A stretch of DNA of 64,000 nt from Octopus sinensis (GCF_006345805.1 NC_042997.1:100502001-100566000), one strand, 5' to 3'; positions 1 through 12,118 are shown, counted from the first letter of the stretch. The notes: generated by a model from the sequence alone, not told the origin. Numbers and translations are program-made.

Positions 1-391
1 CTCATAGTTTTGATATTTCACTGATGTAATTGTTTATTTTTAGAATGATATTGTTGGGTAGATGTGAGAGGTCAGATCTGGTTAGCTTAAACATAAAACA
101 GATAGAATATTTAGGAAGGATATCACCTGGATCGACCAGGCTGTCTGGTGCTGAGTCGGCTCCACTGGCCACAGCATTTGCTCCAATCCCCTTGTGCTCT
201 TGCCATTCTCCTCCATGTTGCCCAAACATTTTTCTTAAATCGTCTTCCCACCTGACTGGAGGTCTTCTGAGTGGTCTCTTCCACTCGCATGGGTACCAAT
301 CGACAACTGCATGGGTCCACCAATTGTTTGCAAACTTTGCAACATGACATGCCTATCATAGCTGGATATGGCTGGTTTAAATGCTAAAGGG
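1..391 (+). mobile_element. 3' part of a piggyBac-like MITE, interrupted by a LINE fragment
   Basis: 1-110 and 360-391 match the interior and AATGCTAAAGGG end of the MITE copies at 37564 and 58194. Confidence 0.55.
115..358 (-). mobile_element. Decayed C-terminal fragment of an RTE-type LINE ORF
   Basis: Minus-strand frames give WWTHAVVDWYPCEWKRPLRRPPVRWEDDLRK and ATWRRMAR, typical of RTE C-termini. Confidence 0.65.
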
Positions 392-959
392 TTACGGTGT
401 ATTTTTAATAAGTCGATTTAAATTAGCATTAAATGCTAAAAACATTTGTTGAGAACACAATGCTCCTATTGCTTGAAGTATTGATTATACCTAACATAGC
501 ACAGTAAAAATCATAGGACACAAAACATACACACTTTGGAAAGTAGGTCTCTGCTCTAACAACTTGACTAGCTATTGTTCTGAGAAATACTAAATATGAT
601 TATGGTGTAGAATTAGCTGTAGAAATATCATAATTTGGGATGGTAGTTCAGTTTAATAGCTAGAAACCTCTATCTGCATCTGAATGTGCTGGCTTGGGTT
701 TTTTATTTTATTTCAGTGGAAAAAAAAGAAGGTATTAACTAACAAACCAGGAATTTTTTAATAAATAACACAGTGGTCTATAATCTATATATGCAAAATC
801 TCCTCTCTTCACAATATCAATGTACAAGTGAAAGGCCTCCAGTTTCAGGTCAATACAATTTGCCACTAGTGTTGTCTGCAGAATAGAAAAGGCCGAAACA
901 ACAGATACTGCAAAACATCTCATCCAACATTTTAACAGTTCAGTTTATGCACTGTCTTG

Positions 960-1230
960 GATTGATACATTTTATTGACCCCAAAAGGATGAAAGACAAA
1001 GTTGACCTCACCAGGATATGAACCCAAAGCACAGAGAGCCAAAGCAAATATCTTTTCTTCTATTGATACAGGGCCTGAAATTTTAGTGGGGGTGGCTAAT
1101 CAACTACAACAATCTCAGTGTTCATCTGATACATATCTTATCAACCTGGAAAGGATGAAAGACAAAGATGATCTTGGTAGAATTTGAACTCAGAACATAA
1201 AGCTAGCAAAATTCTGCATAGTATTTTGTC
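960..1230 (-). mobile_element. SINE fragments, family B (gagttcaaatt...gactttgcctttcatcc type)
   Basis: Reverse-complement matches to copies at 15370, 46170, 50690 and 50905. Confidence 0.6.
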
Positions 1231-1311
1231 CTGATTGCAATTTTGTTTACCTTTAAAAAATATAACTTTTTTTTCCTCTGTTGATTAAACTTTTTTGTTT
1301 CTTATATTTAA

Positions 1312-2120
1312 CATCGATGTGGTGTGCAAGAGAGACGACTGCGCTGGTATGGTCATGTGTTGCATATGGATGAGGATAGCTGTATGTAAAAGTGTCACAC
1401 CCTAGCAGTAGAGGGAACCTGTGGAAGAGGTAAACCCAGGAAGACCTGGGATGAGGTGGTGAAGCATGATCATCGAATGTTGGGCCTCATGGAGTGACTG
1501 AGACCTTTGGAGATACGCTATGCTTGAGAAGACCTAGCAAGCCAAGCGAGACTATAACTGTGGCCCATGCTAGTGCAGCATAACTGGCCCATTTAAGAGT
1601 ACCCTTCAACCATTGGGCAATAAACTGTGTTTGCGAAGACCTGTTGAGTCAAGTGAAGTCATTGTTATAGCTGATGCCAATACAGCCTGACTGGCATGTA
1701 AAAAGTACCATTCGAGCGTGGTCGATGCCAGTGCCACCTGACTGTCCTGTGCTGGTGACACATAAAAAACCCCATTCGAGCATGGCAATTGCCAGAGCGG
1801 CCTGAGTGTCTCCCGTGCTGGTGGCATGTAAAAAGTACCATTCGAGTGTGGGTCATTGCCAGTGCCTCCTGAGTGGCTCCCATGTCGGTGGCACGTAAAA
1901 AGCAGCATTTAAGCATGGTCGATGCCAGTACTGTCTCAGTGGCTCTTGTGCTGGTGGCACGTAAAAAACACCCACTACACTCTTGGAGTGGTTGGTATTA
2001 GGAAGGGCATCCAGATCAGATTGGAGCCTGGTACAGCCTTCTGGCTTGCCAGTCCTCAGTCAAACCGTCCAACCCATGCCAGCATGGAAAGCAGATGTTA
2101 AATGATGACGATGATGATGA
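1312..2120 (+). mobile_element. RTE LINE 3' fragment: ORF C-terminus, 3'UTR with ~65-bp tandem units, (GAT)n tail
   Basis: Near-identical to 19790-20512 (RWYGHV...EGTCGRGKPRKTWDEVVKHD). Confidence 0.85.
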
Positions 2121-2429
2121 ATGTATTTCATTCCACTAAAACATGTAAGGTTTGTTCCAATAAACTAATCTTGTTATAAATATCAATTTAAGTGGTGAAG
2201 ATTGTATGGGAATGCTGTAAGATAAATGAAGACCTCAGGTTCTAAACCTCAGTTCCATCTTAAGACATGGAGATACTGAGCAATTGCCCAGGGGTCGTAT
2301 GAGTCTAGGGGTCCAATTATGATCTATGCATGTTGTAGCTTGCTGTCAATAAATATATACTATAGGACCAGTGCACTGATTTCCCTGGGTAATATAAGTA
2401 TAATGCTGCTAAGACAGTCCTGCTTAACA

Positions 2430-2700
2430 TCATCATCATTGTTTTACATCAGTTTTTCCATGCTGGGTGGACTGCGTGGTTTAACAGGAACTGACCAACT
2501 GGAGAGCTGTCCAGGTTCCAATTGTCTGTTTTGGCATGGTTTCTATGGATGGATGTCCTTCCTAATGCCAACCACTTTACAGCACGCTGGGTGCTTTTTA
2601 CATGCCACCAGCATGGGTATAACTATGTGGCACTGGCACGAGTGCATTTTGTATGGAATCAACATGGGTGCATTTTAAGTGGCACCAGTACCTGCAAGAC
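2430..2700 (-). mobile_element. RTE 3'UTR/tail fragment
   Basis: Reverse complement of the RTE 3' end with a (CAT)n tail at 2428-2440. Confidence 0.7.
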
Positions 2701-4615
2701 AAAGATTTTTCAGCTGGGAAAGGGAGTGGGGGCATGGCCATAAAAGACATGCCTGTATGTATGGATGGCTGCGAGTTTACTCAGCTTAAAACTCCATCAA
2801 AGCTAATTTTCTCTTCTGGAATTGATAAAATAAGTAACAGTAAAATATTTTGTCAAGGAATTAACGTTCCTAACATTGTTACAAATTGGCCTTCTATTGA
2901 ATCAAAGAGAACTTTTCATTAGATTTTTTAATAACAAACGAAGTAGAAAGTTTTCTGTTTAAAACACATGATCCGAGTAAATTTAGGGCTTTATTACTAG
3001 TGGAATCAGTCTTGTGGTATCATACGACCAATTCACTAACAATCATTTACGTTCTAAGTTCAAATTCAGGCAGGTCAACCTTAGTCTTTCATCCTTATAG
3101 GAGTAATAAAATAGTGTGAATATGTGCGTATGCACTATATATATAATCGATTATAACTTCCTCCAAAACCTGTTGCCCTCCGCATATGTTAGAAATCAAC
3201 ATTACTATCATTATTAAACAGGTTTTGGTCGGTTGATTCAGGTTAATTGCGGACGAAAAAAAAAAATCAAGCTTTCATTCTACTGACATTAACTATAGTT
3301 AAAAAAAAAGAGATAACGTCTAGAGAGAAATTAACAGGCAAATCCTTAAAACTTGGTAATAAAGGGTTTTACTTTCGAAGACGATATTGTATAGGTATAC
3401 CGATCCAGCCTTCAGTGGCGTTACAGTGCAAAAATCGGAGATTCGAATGAACAGGATACCTATTTGCTAACTAACTAAATGTTTAATCAAAAGAAATCCT
3501 CATTTTTATAAATTTATGTGACTAAGATTGACGCCAATTTTAGCTTATATTGATTATGAAAAGCATAAATTGAGAGAGGAAATAATTTACAAAAACTATT
3601 AAAAGCTTGTGTAAACAAAACTACTTAACGTTACGTAATCATACCCAATATATGCCATAAGAATTAAAGTGTTGAAAGTAAACTGTAGCGATATTGGTCG
3701 CAAATAGTGATTTCACAAAGATCACAAATGATAGGTTGGTGAAAATGGTTTAATATTATACAGTTTCAAGAACTGTCAACTCAAAAATAACAAGTTTTGA
3801 GACAGAGTTGAAACTCAAGAAAAGGAGAAATGACATCTGTTCATGCTGTCACTCCCTGATAGAACAAAATAAGCAAAAATAAATATCGCTTTCTTGGTGC
3901 GAAGAATTCTGCATATATCAGTTTATAATATGTTCCGTTATATGAAAGATATACCGTACAAAGGTTATTTTTTTTATCATTGAAATGGTTACCATTGACG
4001 ATGAAGGAATAATCAACAACGAGGAATTATTGAAGCATTTTTTAGAGAACAAAATAAACCAACTTGTTAAAAAGTACTTTAAATACTTGTTTAGAAAATT
4101 TTAATGTAAACTAAACCGACATTTTGTTAAGAATCTTAGAATCAAAATACATATAAAATTTAAATTTAGATTTGTTTTATATGAATTGATTTACTTGTTC
4201 TCTCTTCACATATTCTACTTGCATATTATCACAGTAAGCATCTAACCAAAATTATCTAACTTAGGTAGGATATGGAATGTCACACACATCCCACTGTATA
4301 TCTTTTAAAACTTTATATTTATTCGCCGACATTATATTTATATGCAAAAAGCATTTGAGACGATGAGTCAAAACCAAAATATAATACAAGTATTAGAGTG
4401 ACATTGAAAGTTCAAAAAGCAGAACGGGATCATGGAATTTCTAATGTAAACATGTGGCATTTGATGGCCTTGATCGATCGATCAGTGACACTTTAAAAGG
4501 TGAATGTCAGAAAACCATTGACAATTGAACATACGAGAAGTTACAAGAATGGAAGGAAATTTGTTATAATTAAAACCATTAATGTAAATAGCAGAATATA
4601 CAATTTCACGCTCAC

Positions 4616-4950
4616 CTTAAAAATGCGCGTACTGATGTCCTCGAAAAGTACTGAAGTGGTTACCGGAGAACTACTTGCTTAGTTACTTCCCTTCGTACGT
4701 TTTATCGTGGGAAGTATAAAACAGATAAAAATATAATTCACTTCGCATTCTTTCTGCTTACATTTAAAATCATCACTTGTAATAATAAAAGCAAGTGAGG
4801 GAGCGACTAGATAAGCCAAGGGTAACCAGCGGTCCACGGGACTTTCTGAACGACACGCTTTGCCCAATGAAAAATTATTTTTTAGTAGCGCGACCTGCTT
4901 CTCAGAAAAGGGTGCCCACGTCTCTACTAGATCGTCTCTCACTCAGTCTG
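4616..4950 (-). promoter_or_regulatory. Putative promoter and non-coding first exon of a minus-strand transcript
   Basis: CpG-rich, repeat-free stretch; consensus donor AAG|GTGAGC on the minus strand with the exon ending at 4616; CCAAT at 4864-4868 on the + strand. Confidence 0.35.
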
Positions 4951-5221
4951 CTTGAAACAGCAACAGAATCTCGATCAAACAACACCCTATGTTTCATAGA
5001 AAAGAACATGGTGTGTAAAGTGATCCTGAATTAATTCTCTGTGTACTGGAAAAAAGAGAGGATGGTCACGGCTGGAATGCCTTTGATCATAAGTTTGATT
5101 GGCCATGGTTGAAATAAGTTAAACAACAATTACAACCACCACTCATTGGTTTTTAACATAAACAAAGATCCGTTATATAAAACAGTTGTCTGAGAAAACT
5201 ACGGTAGCTGGCAATTTATGT

Positions 5222-5260
5222 ACACACGCACGCACGCACACGCACGCACACACACACACG

Positions 5261-5292
<32 letters not shown>
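5222..5292. repeat. (CA)n/(CACG)n microsatellite
   Basis: Direct inspection. Confidence 0.95.
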
Positions 5293-5293
<1 letters not shown>

Positions 5294-5969
5294 CTTCCAC
5301 TTTTCCATCTTTGCATAGGTCAAAAGGAATTTGTTGAGGCAGATTTTCTAGAGTCGGATGCTCTTTCTGTCGCCAACCAACATCTATTTCTAAGCAAAGT
5401 CTATCTTCCCATGGATAGGCATATTTTTTTTTATGGAAGACTGGAAACGAACAACATCGTTTGTATGTTGGTGATGTTCTTTTACAATCATCACATGATG
5501 TCAAGCGGACAGTATAAAATCTGCCTCAACAAATTCTGTGACTCATGAAAGCACAGAAAGATAGTGGACGGTATTGTGGTTTAAGCATGCCATATAACAC
5601 CTCAGGATTTCATGATTTTTTTGAATTTTCAAAACATTTTTTTTGCGAATTTGCATTGTACAAATGGGAATTCACACGACTATGAAATTTTTAAAATCCC
5701 AGTCCGAATTTTTGGCTTAAATCCCAGCAATAGACTATTAAATGTGTTTATGGGGAAAATAGATATTTAAAAACACCAATACGTCAGACTGACAAACAAA
5801 CGAGTAGGGTATGAGGTGGTCGTGGGATGTGCTTAAAATAACAGCTAAATAGCTTTTAAATCACGTATGACTTTTTTTTTGTATAATCGTATTAATTCCC
5901 GTATATATATTACAAATTTTTATGTGTATAACACATTAATTAAAATATATTAAAAGAAATTATTTAGTG

Positions 5970-7085
5970 CACCGTAGATGAGTAAACAAAGAATTGCACA
6001 ACCCTGAACCAGGACCATCTACGGCAACTCCCACCAAACCAACCAAATTTATTGCCATCAAAGGCTGAGATAATAAACTTCAAAGGAGGTTCAATCTTAA
6101 GAGTGTATTCCTGCATGGAGAAGCTGCCTCTACTGACAAACCTGCTGCTGAAGAGCACATGAACAAGATGTTCAAGACCATCGTTGAGAAAGAGGGATAT
6201 TCACATGAACAAATTTTCAGTATAGATGAGATGAGACTAGCCTTGTTTGGAAACAGATGCCATTGCAGACTTACATTATGAAGGAGGGGCCAGAGCCCCT
6301 GGATTTAAGGTGTACAAAGATCGTGTAACAATTACAATGTGTGGAAATGCTGTGGGCTTTACAATAAAGCTAGGGCTTATTTCATAATTCCCAAAACCCA
6401 AGGGCCCTCAAAAACAAAAATAAGAACCTGCTGCCAGTGCATTGGATGCACAACCAGAAGGCATGGATAATGAAACCACTGACCTCGGATTGGTTTCACC
6501 AGTGCTTCATCCCCAAAGTCAAAGTTTATCTTGCTGAAAAAGGACCAGAATTCAAAGTGATTTTCCTAATGAACAATGCTAGATGTCTCATGCTCGACCT
6601 GTCAAATGAAGGTGTACAAATTGAATTCTTACTGTTGAAGATCACATCACTGATCCAGCGCATGAATGAAGGCATTATTCCTGCTTTTAAGGTGCTCTGT
6701 ACACAAAACTCCCTGCAACACCCGGTCGAGACTATGGACTCAGATAACTTCTTGCTGAAGGAATACTGGTGTGGGTACACCATTGCAACGTGTCTCCAAA
6801 ATATTCAGAAGGCCATAAAGGAGATGAAGAATGAAACTTTGAATGCCAGCTGGAAGAAATTGTAGCCATAAGTAGTCCATGACTATAAAGGATTCTCTCC
6901 TGATGAAATCCACCACTCTACAGTAGATAAAGCAGTGAAGCTGGCAAAATTGCTAAGCGGAAATGGCTTCACCGATATGACTACCGAGGATGTTAATAAC
7001 CTGATTGAGTCCCACTCAGATCCATTAATGAATGAAGATCGGACAGAGATGACAAAGTCAGCAAGTGGTGAAGAAGAAGAAGAAG

Positions 7086-7116
<31 letters not shown>

Positions 7117-7509
7117 CAGCTTATTAATAGAACACCTCTCAACCCTAGCAAAAGCGACAAAAGAACTTCAGAAGATGGCGGAGGATTGGGACCCCCAGAT
7201 TGATGCATTGTAGTTCAGAAACGCAGTTGATGGAACCATGAAAGTTTATAAAAAACTCCTTACACAGAAGAAAAGGCTGCACCAGCAATTGCCCATCACT
7301 ATGCATAAAAAAGATAAGATATGAATACTCCTAATTTTGTAGGGAGAGTTTATAAAAGCTTAAATAGATGAAATTAATAAAATAAATACATATAAATTAT
7401 AAAAATAATAAAAAAATATACAGTACAGTACTATTTCTACTTCTTGGATTTTCACCTATTGCGGGGGTGATTTTGGAATGTAACACCTGCAATAGTCAAG
7501 GGATTACTG
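5970..7509 (+). mobile_element. Tigger/pogo (CENP-B-type DDE) transposon remnant; inactive, 5'-deleted
   Basis: HGEAASTD, GYSHEQIFSIDE, KDRVTITMCGNA, HNQKAWIM, DWFHQCFIP motifs across several frameshifts and stops; right end ggattactg at 7509 followed by TA; (GAA)15 at 7070-7114. Confidence 0.88.
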
Positions 7510-7869
7510 TATTAATTATAATAGTTTGGGTAGAAAATACAAAATATGTATATATGTATACATGTAAAATGAGAGAAAGCAAAAGGCAGAGACTTTCAGA
7601 CAATGAATATTTAAGTATAAGTATATAGATATTTATGTTAAATGATCTTACACAGAGTACAAATGACAGAGTAAATTAAAGGAGAGGAAGAGTGGTGTTT
7701 ATCTGCATAATTACCTCTATATCCACTCAACTTAATCCCACTTATAGCCATTCTTTACTCTGTGGAATTGATCCCCTGTAAAGACATCAGAGTCTAAGTT
7801 TGAATCTTTTGAGCACTGTTAAGTGTCTTCTATACTGAGAATCTCTGGATCTCATCTGTGGACTATATA

Positions 7870-8225
7870 TCTATTATATAAAACCCATTCTGTCTGTTTG
7901 TGTGTGTGTGTCTTCTAGGATCTCGGGCATCCTCCATCCGATTGCGCTCAAATTTGATTTGTAGATACTGACAGTATCAGGGCGTGTATAAGTCTTGAAA
8001 AAATTACAAAAATCGATTCCAGGTGAGAATGCGATCGATAAAGCATTTTTTGGAATAGAAAAAAAGTCTTTATTTCTTCTTTTGCTGGTGTCTCAAATTT
8101 AGGTTAAATCAGTGTTTCTCAAAGGGGAGGCCTATGGGACGGTCGGACAAGTTGTTTTGAGAAAATTTGTTTTAAATGTTTGACAACTCAGCACCGTCCA
8201 TTGGACGGGGGGCGTTTTGCTCCTG
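7870..8225 (+). mobile_element. Short non-autonomous Helitron-like element
   Basis: A|TCTATTATATAAAA start followed by (TG)n; subterminal hairpin CCGTCC-att-GGACGG at 8194-8208; 3' half recurs inverted at 52165-52291. Confidence 0.5.
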
Positions 8226-8363
8226 TAAATATATGTACAATGTGTTTGGGCTAAATTTGATTATTCTTTTATGTCTCCTTTTTTCACAAACAGCTTGATG
8301 TATTGGTGAATAACCAATGGTGTTAGGGAGCATAAAGATGTGGTTGAGAGAATGTTAGCTAAC

Positions 8364-9387
8364 ATGGAGAACTGGAAGCCATTTGAATAATGGAAAAGAG
8401 TTACCTGTATCATGATGATTCATGCCAGGTATCAAAATGCCAACATCATGACTGCTGCTCAAATCTCAGTGAACACTGTAAAGATTGTAATGGACAGTTG
8501 TAATGGAGACTACAAAACTATGGTCAACTAGAAGGGACAGAGCAGGCATTCTGACTGTCTGCACACCAGAATTCATTCAACAACTGCAGAACAATGTGAT
8601 GGAAGATCTGAGTAAGGGAATCTGGACTTTGGTGAGAGAGATGGAAGTTGGAACTGCCCCCATGAAGTCGTTCACTACAACTTGTACAAGAGGTGCAAGG
8701 GGAAAATTCTGACAAGCAAGACCAAGGCGAACCACTTGCCAAGGGCAAACTCCTGAATAAGCTGAGGCATCCTGTTAAGCCAGGGATGATCTGGTTCCTC
8801 TCAGATGAAAAAAAAATTTCGCCAGGAGCATTTGCACATCATCCAAATACAACAGATGGCTTGCATACAATCCATGTGATATCTCACATATCATGAAAAC
8901 CAAAGTCCCCACAAACTTATGGTCTTTGGGTGTGTCTGCAGTGGAGGTAACATCATACTGTTTCACATCTTTGAATAAGTCCATAAGCTCAATTCAGATG
9001 GCTATGTGAAGCTGCTGGAGACTGTGGTCAAACTCTGGCTGGAGAGAGTTGTTGCTGGAAGAAGATATGTATGGTAGCAAGATTTTGCTCCTTGCTATAC
9101 CTCTGGAAAGAGTCAGAAGTTGTTGTCAGAGAATTTCTATGACAGCATCAGTCCAGATTTCTGGCCTCCTAAATTTCTCAGTTGTAATCCCATAGATTAC
9201 TATGTGTGGGCCATGGTTGAGAAAGACACTAACCACTCTGCTTGTAACACCCAAGCTGAACTGTTTGATAGCCAAGATCAAGGACATGTTTGAAGACTTT
9301 CCCAGGAACGCAGCTAGGAATGCATGCACCAGGTACCAGAGCCATCTTAAGGTCATGTTGGAATCTGAGGGTAGCTACTTTAAATAA
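8364..9387 (+). mobile_element. maT-family (Tc1/mariner, DD37D) transposase pseudogene
   Basis: WFLSDEK; QD at 9078-9083; WPPKFLSCNPIDY with the third Asp at 9195-9197, 37 residues after the second; C-terminal ACTRYQSHLKVMLESEGSYFK; several stops and frameshifts. Confidence 0.85.
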
Positions 9388-9424
9388 ACTGTTATACATA
9401 CACACACACACACACAAGAGGCAT

Positions 9425-9578
9425 AGGCATGGTTGTGTGGTAAGTTTGCTTCCAAACTTCATGATTCCTAGTCCGGTCCCGTAGTGTGGCACCTTGGGCA
9501 AGTATCTTCTACTATAATCATAGGCTGGCTAAAACCTTGCAAGTAGATTTGGTAGATGAAAACTAAAAGAAGCCCTTT
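9425..9578 (+). mobile_element. SINE family A (tgtggtaagaagcttgcttcc...ggcaccttgggcaag...gaaactgaaagaagccc)
   Basis: Homologous to copies at 30755, 41765, 51925 and 59452. Confidence 0.75.
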
Positions 9579-12118
9579 GTATAGATATATAAATGTATAT
9601 ATGTGTGTATGTATGCGTGTACATATGTATGTGCGTGTGTAGGTGCAGTTTGTTCAATGTTTAGGAATGAGGTTTCAGGTGTGGAATCTCATTCCTTGCA
9701 ACAATAGAGTTCCAGGTTTGATCCCCCTGTATAGCATTGCAGGTATGTCATTTTCTAAGCCTTAGGTCAACTCATACCTTATGAGTGATATTCAGATAAT
9801 CTATGGGGTTTAAATAAGGAGAATCAGGCAGCTGCATATTATTTGAGGTCACATGATCACATGATTCTTCCAGATATTACTGAACGTGCTCTCTCTTCAT
9901 TATGTAATACTTGTACACTCAGCTATCTTTATCTTCTCAATGGTTGCTCTTATCAGCTTACTAGGATGTAGTTGTTGATGATTTCCTGAACCTACTGGAC
10001 ATACATGGCTCTCCTGATGATACCTGATCTCTGAGAATGTCTAGTTCTCTTGGCCACACATGACATACTCTCATCAGGAGCCTATTGTTCTTTCACGGAC
10101 CTCAGTTTGAGAGACCTGGCTATGTTCAGGAATCTTATGATTTTTGAATCACCATGCTTGACAGCTAGTGGTACAAACATAGTGAATCTTTTACTTTTGT
10201 GTTTTAGATTGGAATTGGTCATGTGATGCTTCTCACATGTCTGCAAACCAAATGGTCAACAATATTTGCTGTGTAGGTCGCTTCAAGTATTGCACACTGA
10301 GAATGAACTCAGAATGACATAGTTGTGAAACAAGCTTCTTAATCACATAACCATGCTTGCATTCATTTCAGTAGTGCTAAATTTATCCCTGTTGGAAAGA
10401 CAAGAGATAAAATTACCTCAAAAGATTTAAATTCAGAATAATAGAATAATAATGTAATGTATATTCTTGCTGTAATTTGCTGACCTTCATAGCAAATAGC
10501 AAGAGAGACTGGAGTGTAGATATACAATTAGTGGATTTTTTGTACTTACTTCAGTTAGTAGTTGGCAAATGGTTGAGAAGCAGTTGGAAATTGGGAGGTG
10601 GTCAGTTATATAAGTACATCATAAATATGAATCAGTAAAATTTTAAAAGTTTAACATTTTAAAGAAGAATATTATATATTTTATACTATTCTATGAATGA
10701 AATAAAAGATTTTTGTAGTTAAGCTGAAAATTCTGATATTCAGTGTGCATGTTTTATTTCTGAGGACAACTGGGTAAAAATTATGATTCAAATTAAACAT
10801 AAATAGCAGAATGATGAATACAACTTTTTTTGAAACTAGGTCGCTGTATTTTCCCTGATGCTAAAATCTATCTTTGCCTATAACTGGGTCGTTTACTATA
10901 TTTTGTGGGTATCCTGTACATTACTGATTAAAATTTAAAAAATTTCAAAACCTGAAATAAACAGATTAATTCATGATGCTTTTTGGGCATTAATATTCAA
11001 TGAAATTTTGTACAGTTTGGTATACATATTGGTTAAGGATTCAATTAGGATGTAGGATTAGGGCTGGCTTTAGAGTTAGGGTTCAGGGTTTGGGTTAAGA
11101 CTAGGGTTTAAAGTTAGGGCTTAAAGTACTACAAAAACCAAACTCAGGCAGATGCTTTGTTTTCGAAAAATTTATTTCAGATCGTAAAGCACAGTTCTTC
11201 TTAACCCATACGACTTCAGCATTGCTTGAAAATAGCAATATGCCAACAAACACGATACAAAAAGCTTTTATAATTTACAGTAAATACCATGCTTTATATA
11301 TCTAATTACTCAAGTGAAGTAGTGAATTTATAAAAATCCCAGTGCAGATCGTCAACAATTTTCCTGGATTCTGGAATTTCCTATTTACTAATTGTATATT
11401 TTACGTTTTTCTTCTTTATTTTTTACGTAGCAGAACTACGTAATGTACTTGAGAATATAATTAACAATACCCACACACGCACGCACGCGTACACACACAT
11501 ACATACATAATACACACACACACACATACATACATAATACATACATATCATTTGTAGAAATACATAAATCCGGAGAAGCATACTCAGGCCAACAGTGTTT
11601 GGGGATTGAAGATACGCCGTAAGGCTAAACCCCTTATGAGCGAGAAACCCAGGGTAACCCCATAAACAGGCCTACCACACAATAATATTATATATATATA
11701 TATACATACACACACACATACACAAGAGTTATGGAATGGAGTAGATAAGATCTGGGCTACATTTGTTTCATAGCAAGTGGAACCTTAGAAGTGGTAATTA
11801 TCCAAGCGAGGTTTATACCGCAGGTTACTCTTCATGCCGAGGATATCTTGATTAAATGAAAGTTTACACTGTCGCAAGGAGGTACATGTTAATGTATGGA
11901 AGATTCAATCAGAATGTTGCAGATGTTCAGTTTATCGTACTTCGATATAAAAAAAATCCACAACAATAAACCATTATTGTTCCAGAAAGTTGTTTTTTAT
12001 ATTCACTACGGATTGCTTGAAGCTAACTTTCTTCCTACACCTCGATATTTGGATCTTACATACATACACACACACACATATATACATATTAAAGTTAAAT
12101 ATTTCTTCGTGTTCCTTT

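Noticed and set aside
1690-1985. Repeat-spacer-like periodicity suggesting a CRISPR array
   Set aside because: The intervening segments are homologous to each other and to the RTE 3'UTR at 20.2 kb; eukaryotic context, no cas genes.
2775-2890. Minus-strand frame MLGTLIP*QNILLLLILSIPEEK with an in-frame TGA (selenoprotein idea)
   Set aside because: No Cys/Sec motif, no SECIS seen, a second stop follows soon, and there is no consistent exon structure.
3800-4105. Short + strand ORF MVTIDDEGIINNEELLKHFLENK and an upstream CSCCH
   Set aside because: About 40 codons, no splice support and no recognisable family; at best an unassignable relic.
4679-5034. ORF-track entries 4679-4942 (-) and 4795-5034 (+)
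   Set aside because: No recognisable domains; explained by the higher GC of a promoter-like island.
9425-9500. tRNA-like A/B-box sequence (also at 30755, 41765, 51925, 59452)
   Set aside because: These are SINE heads; they do not form a cloverleaf with an anticodon arm and they continue into SINE bodies.
11605-11635. TTGAAGA-tac-GCC-gtaa-GGC-TAAAC hammerhead-like string
   Set aside because: C3 and G12 are both altered and there is no stem I/III pairing; too degenerate to call.
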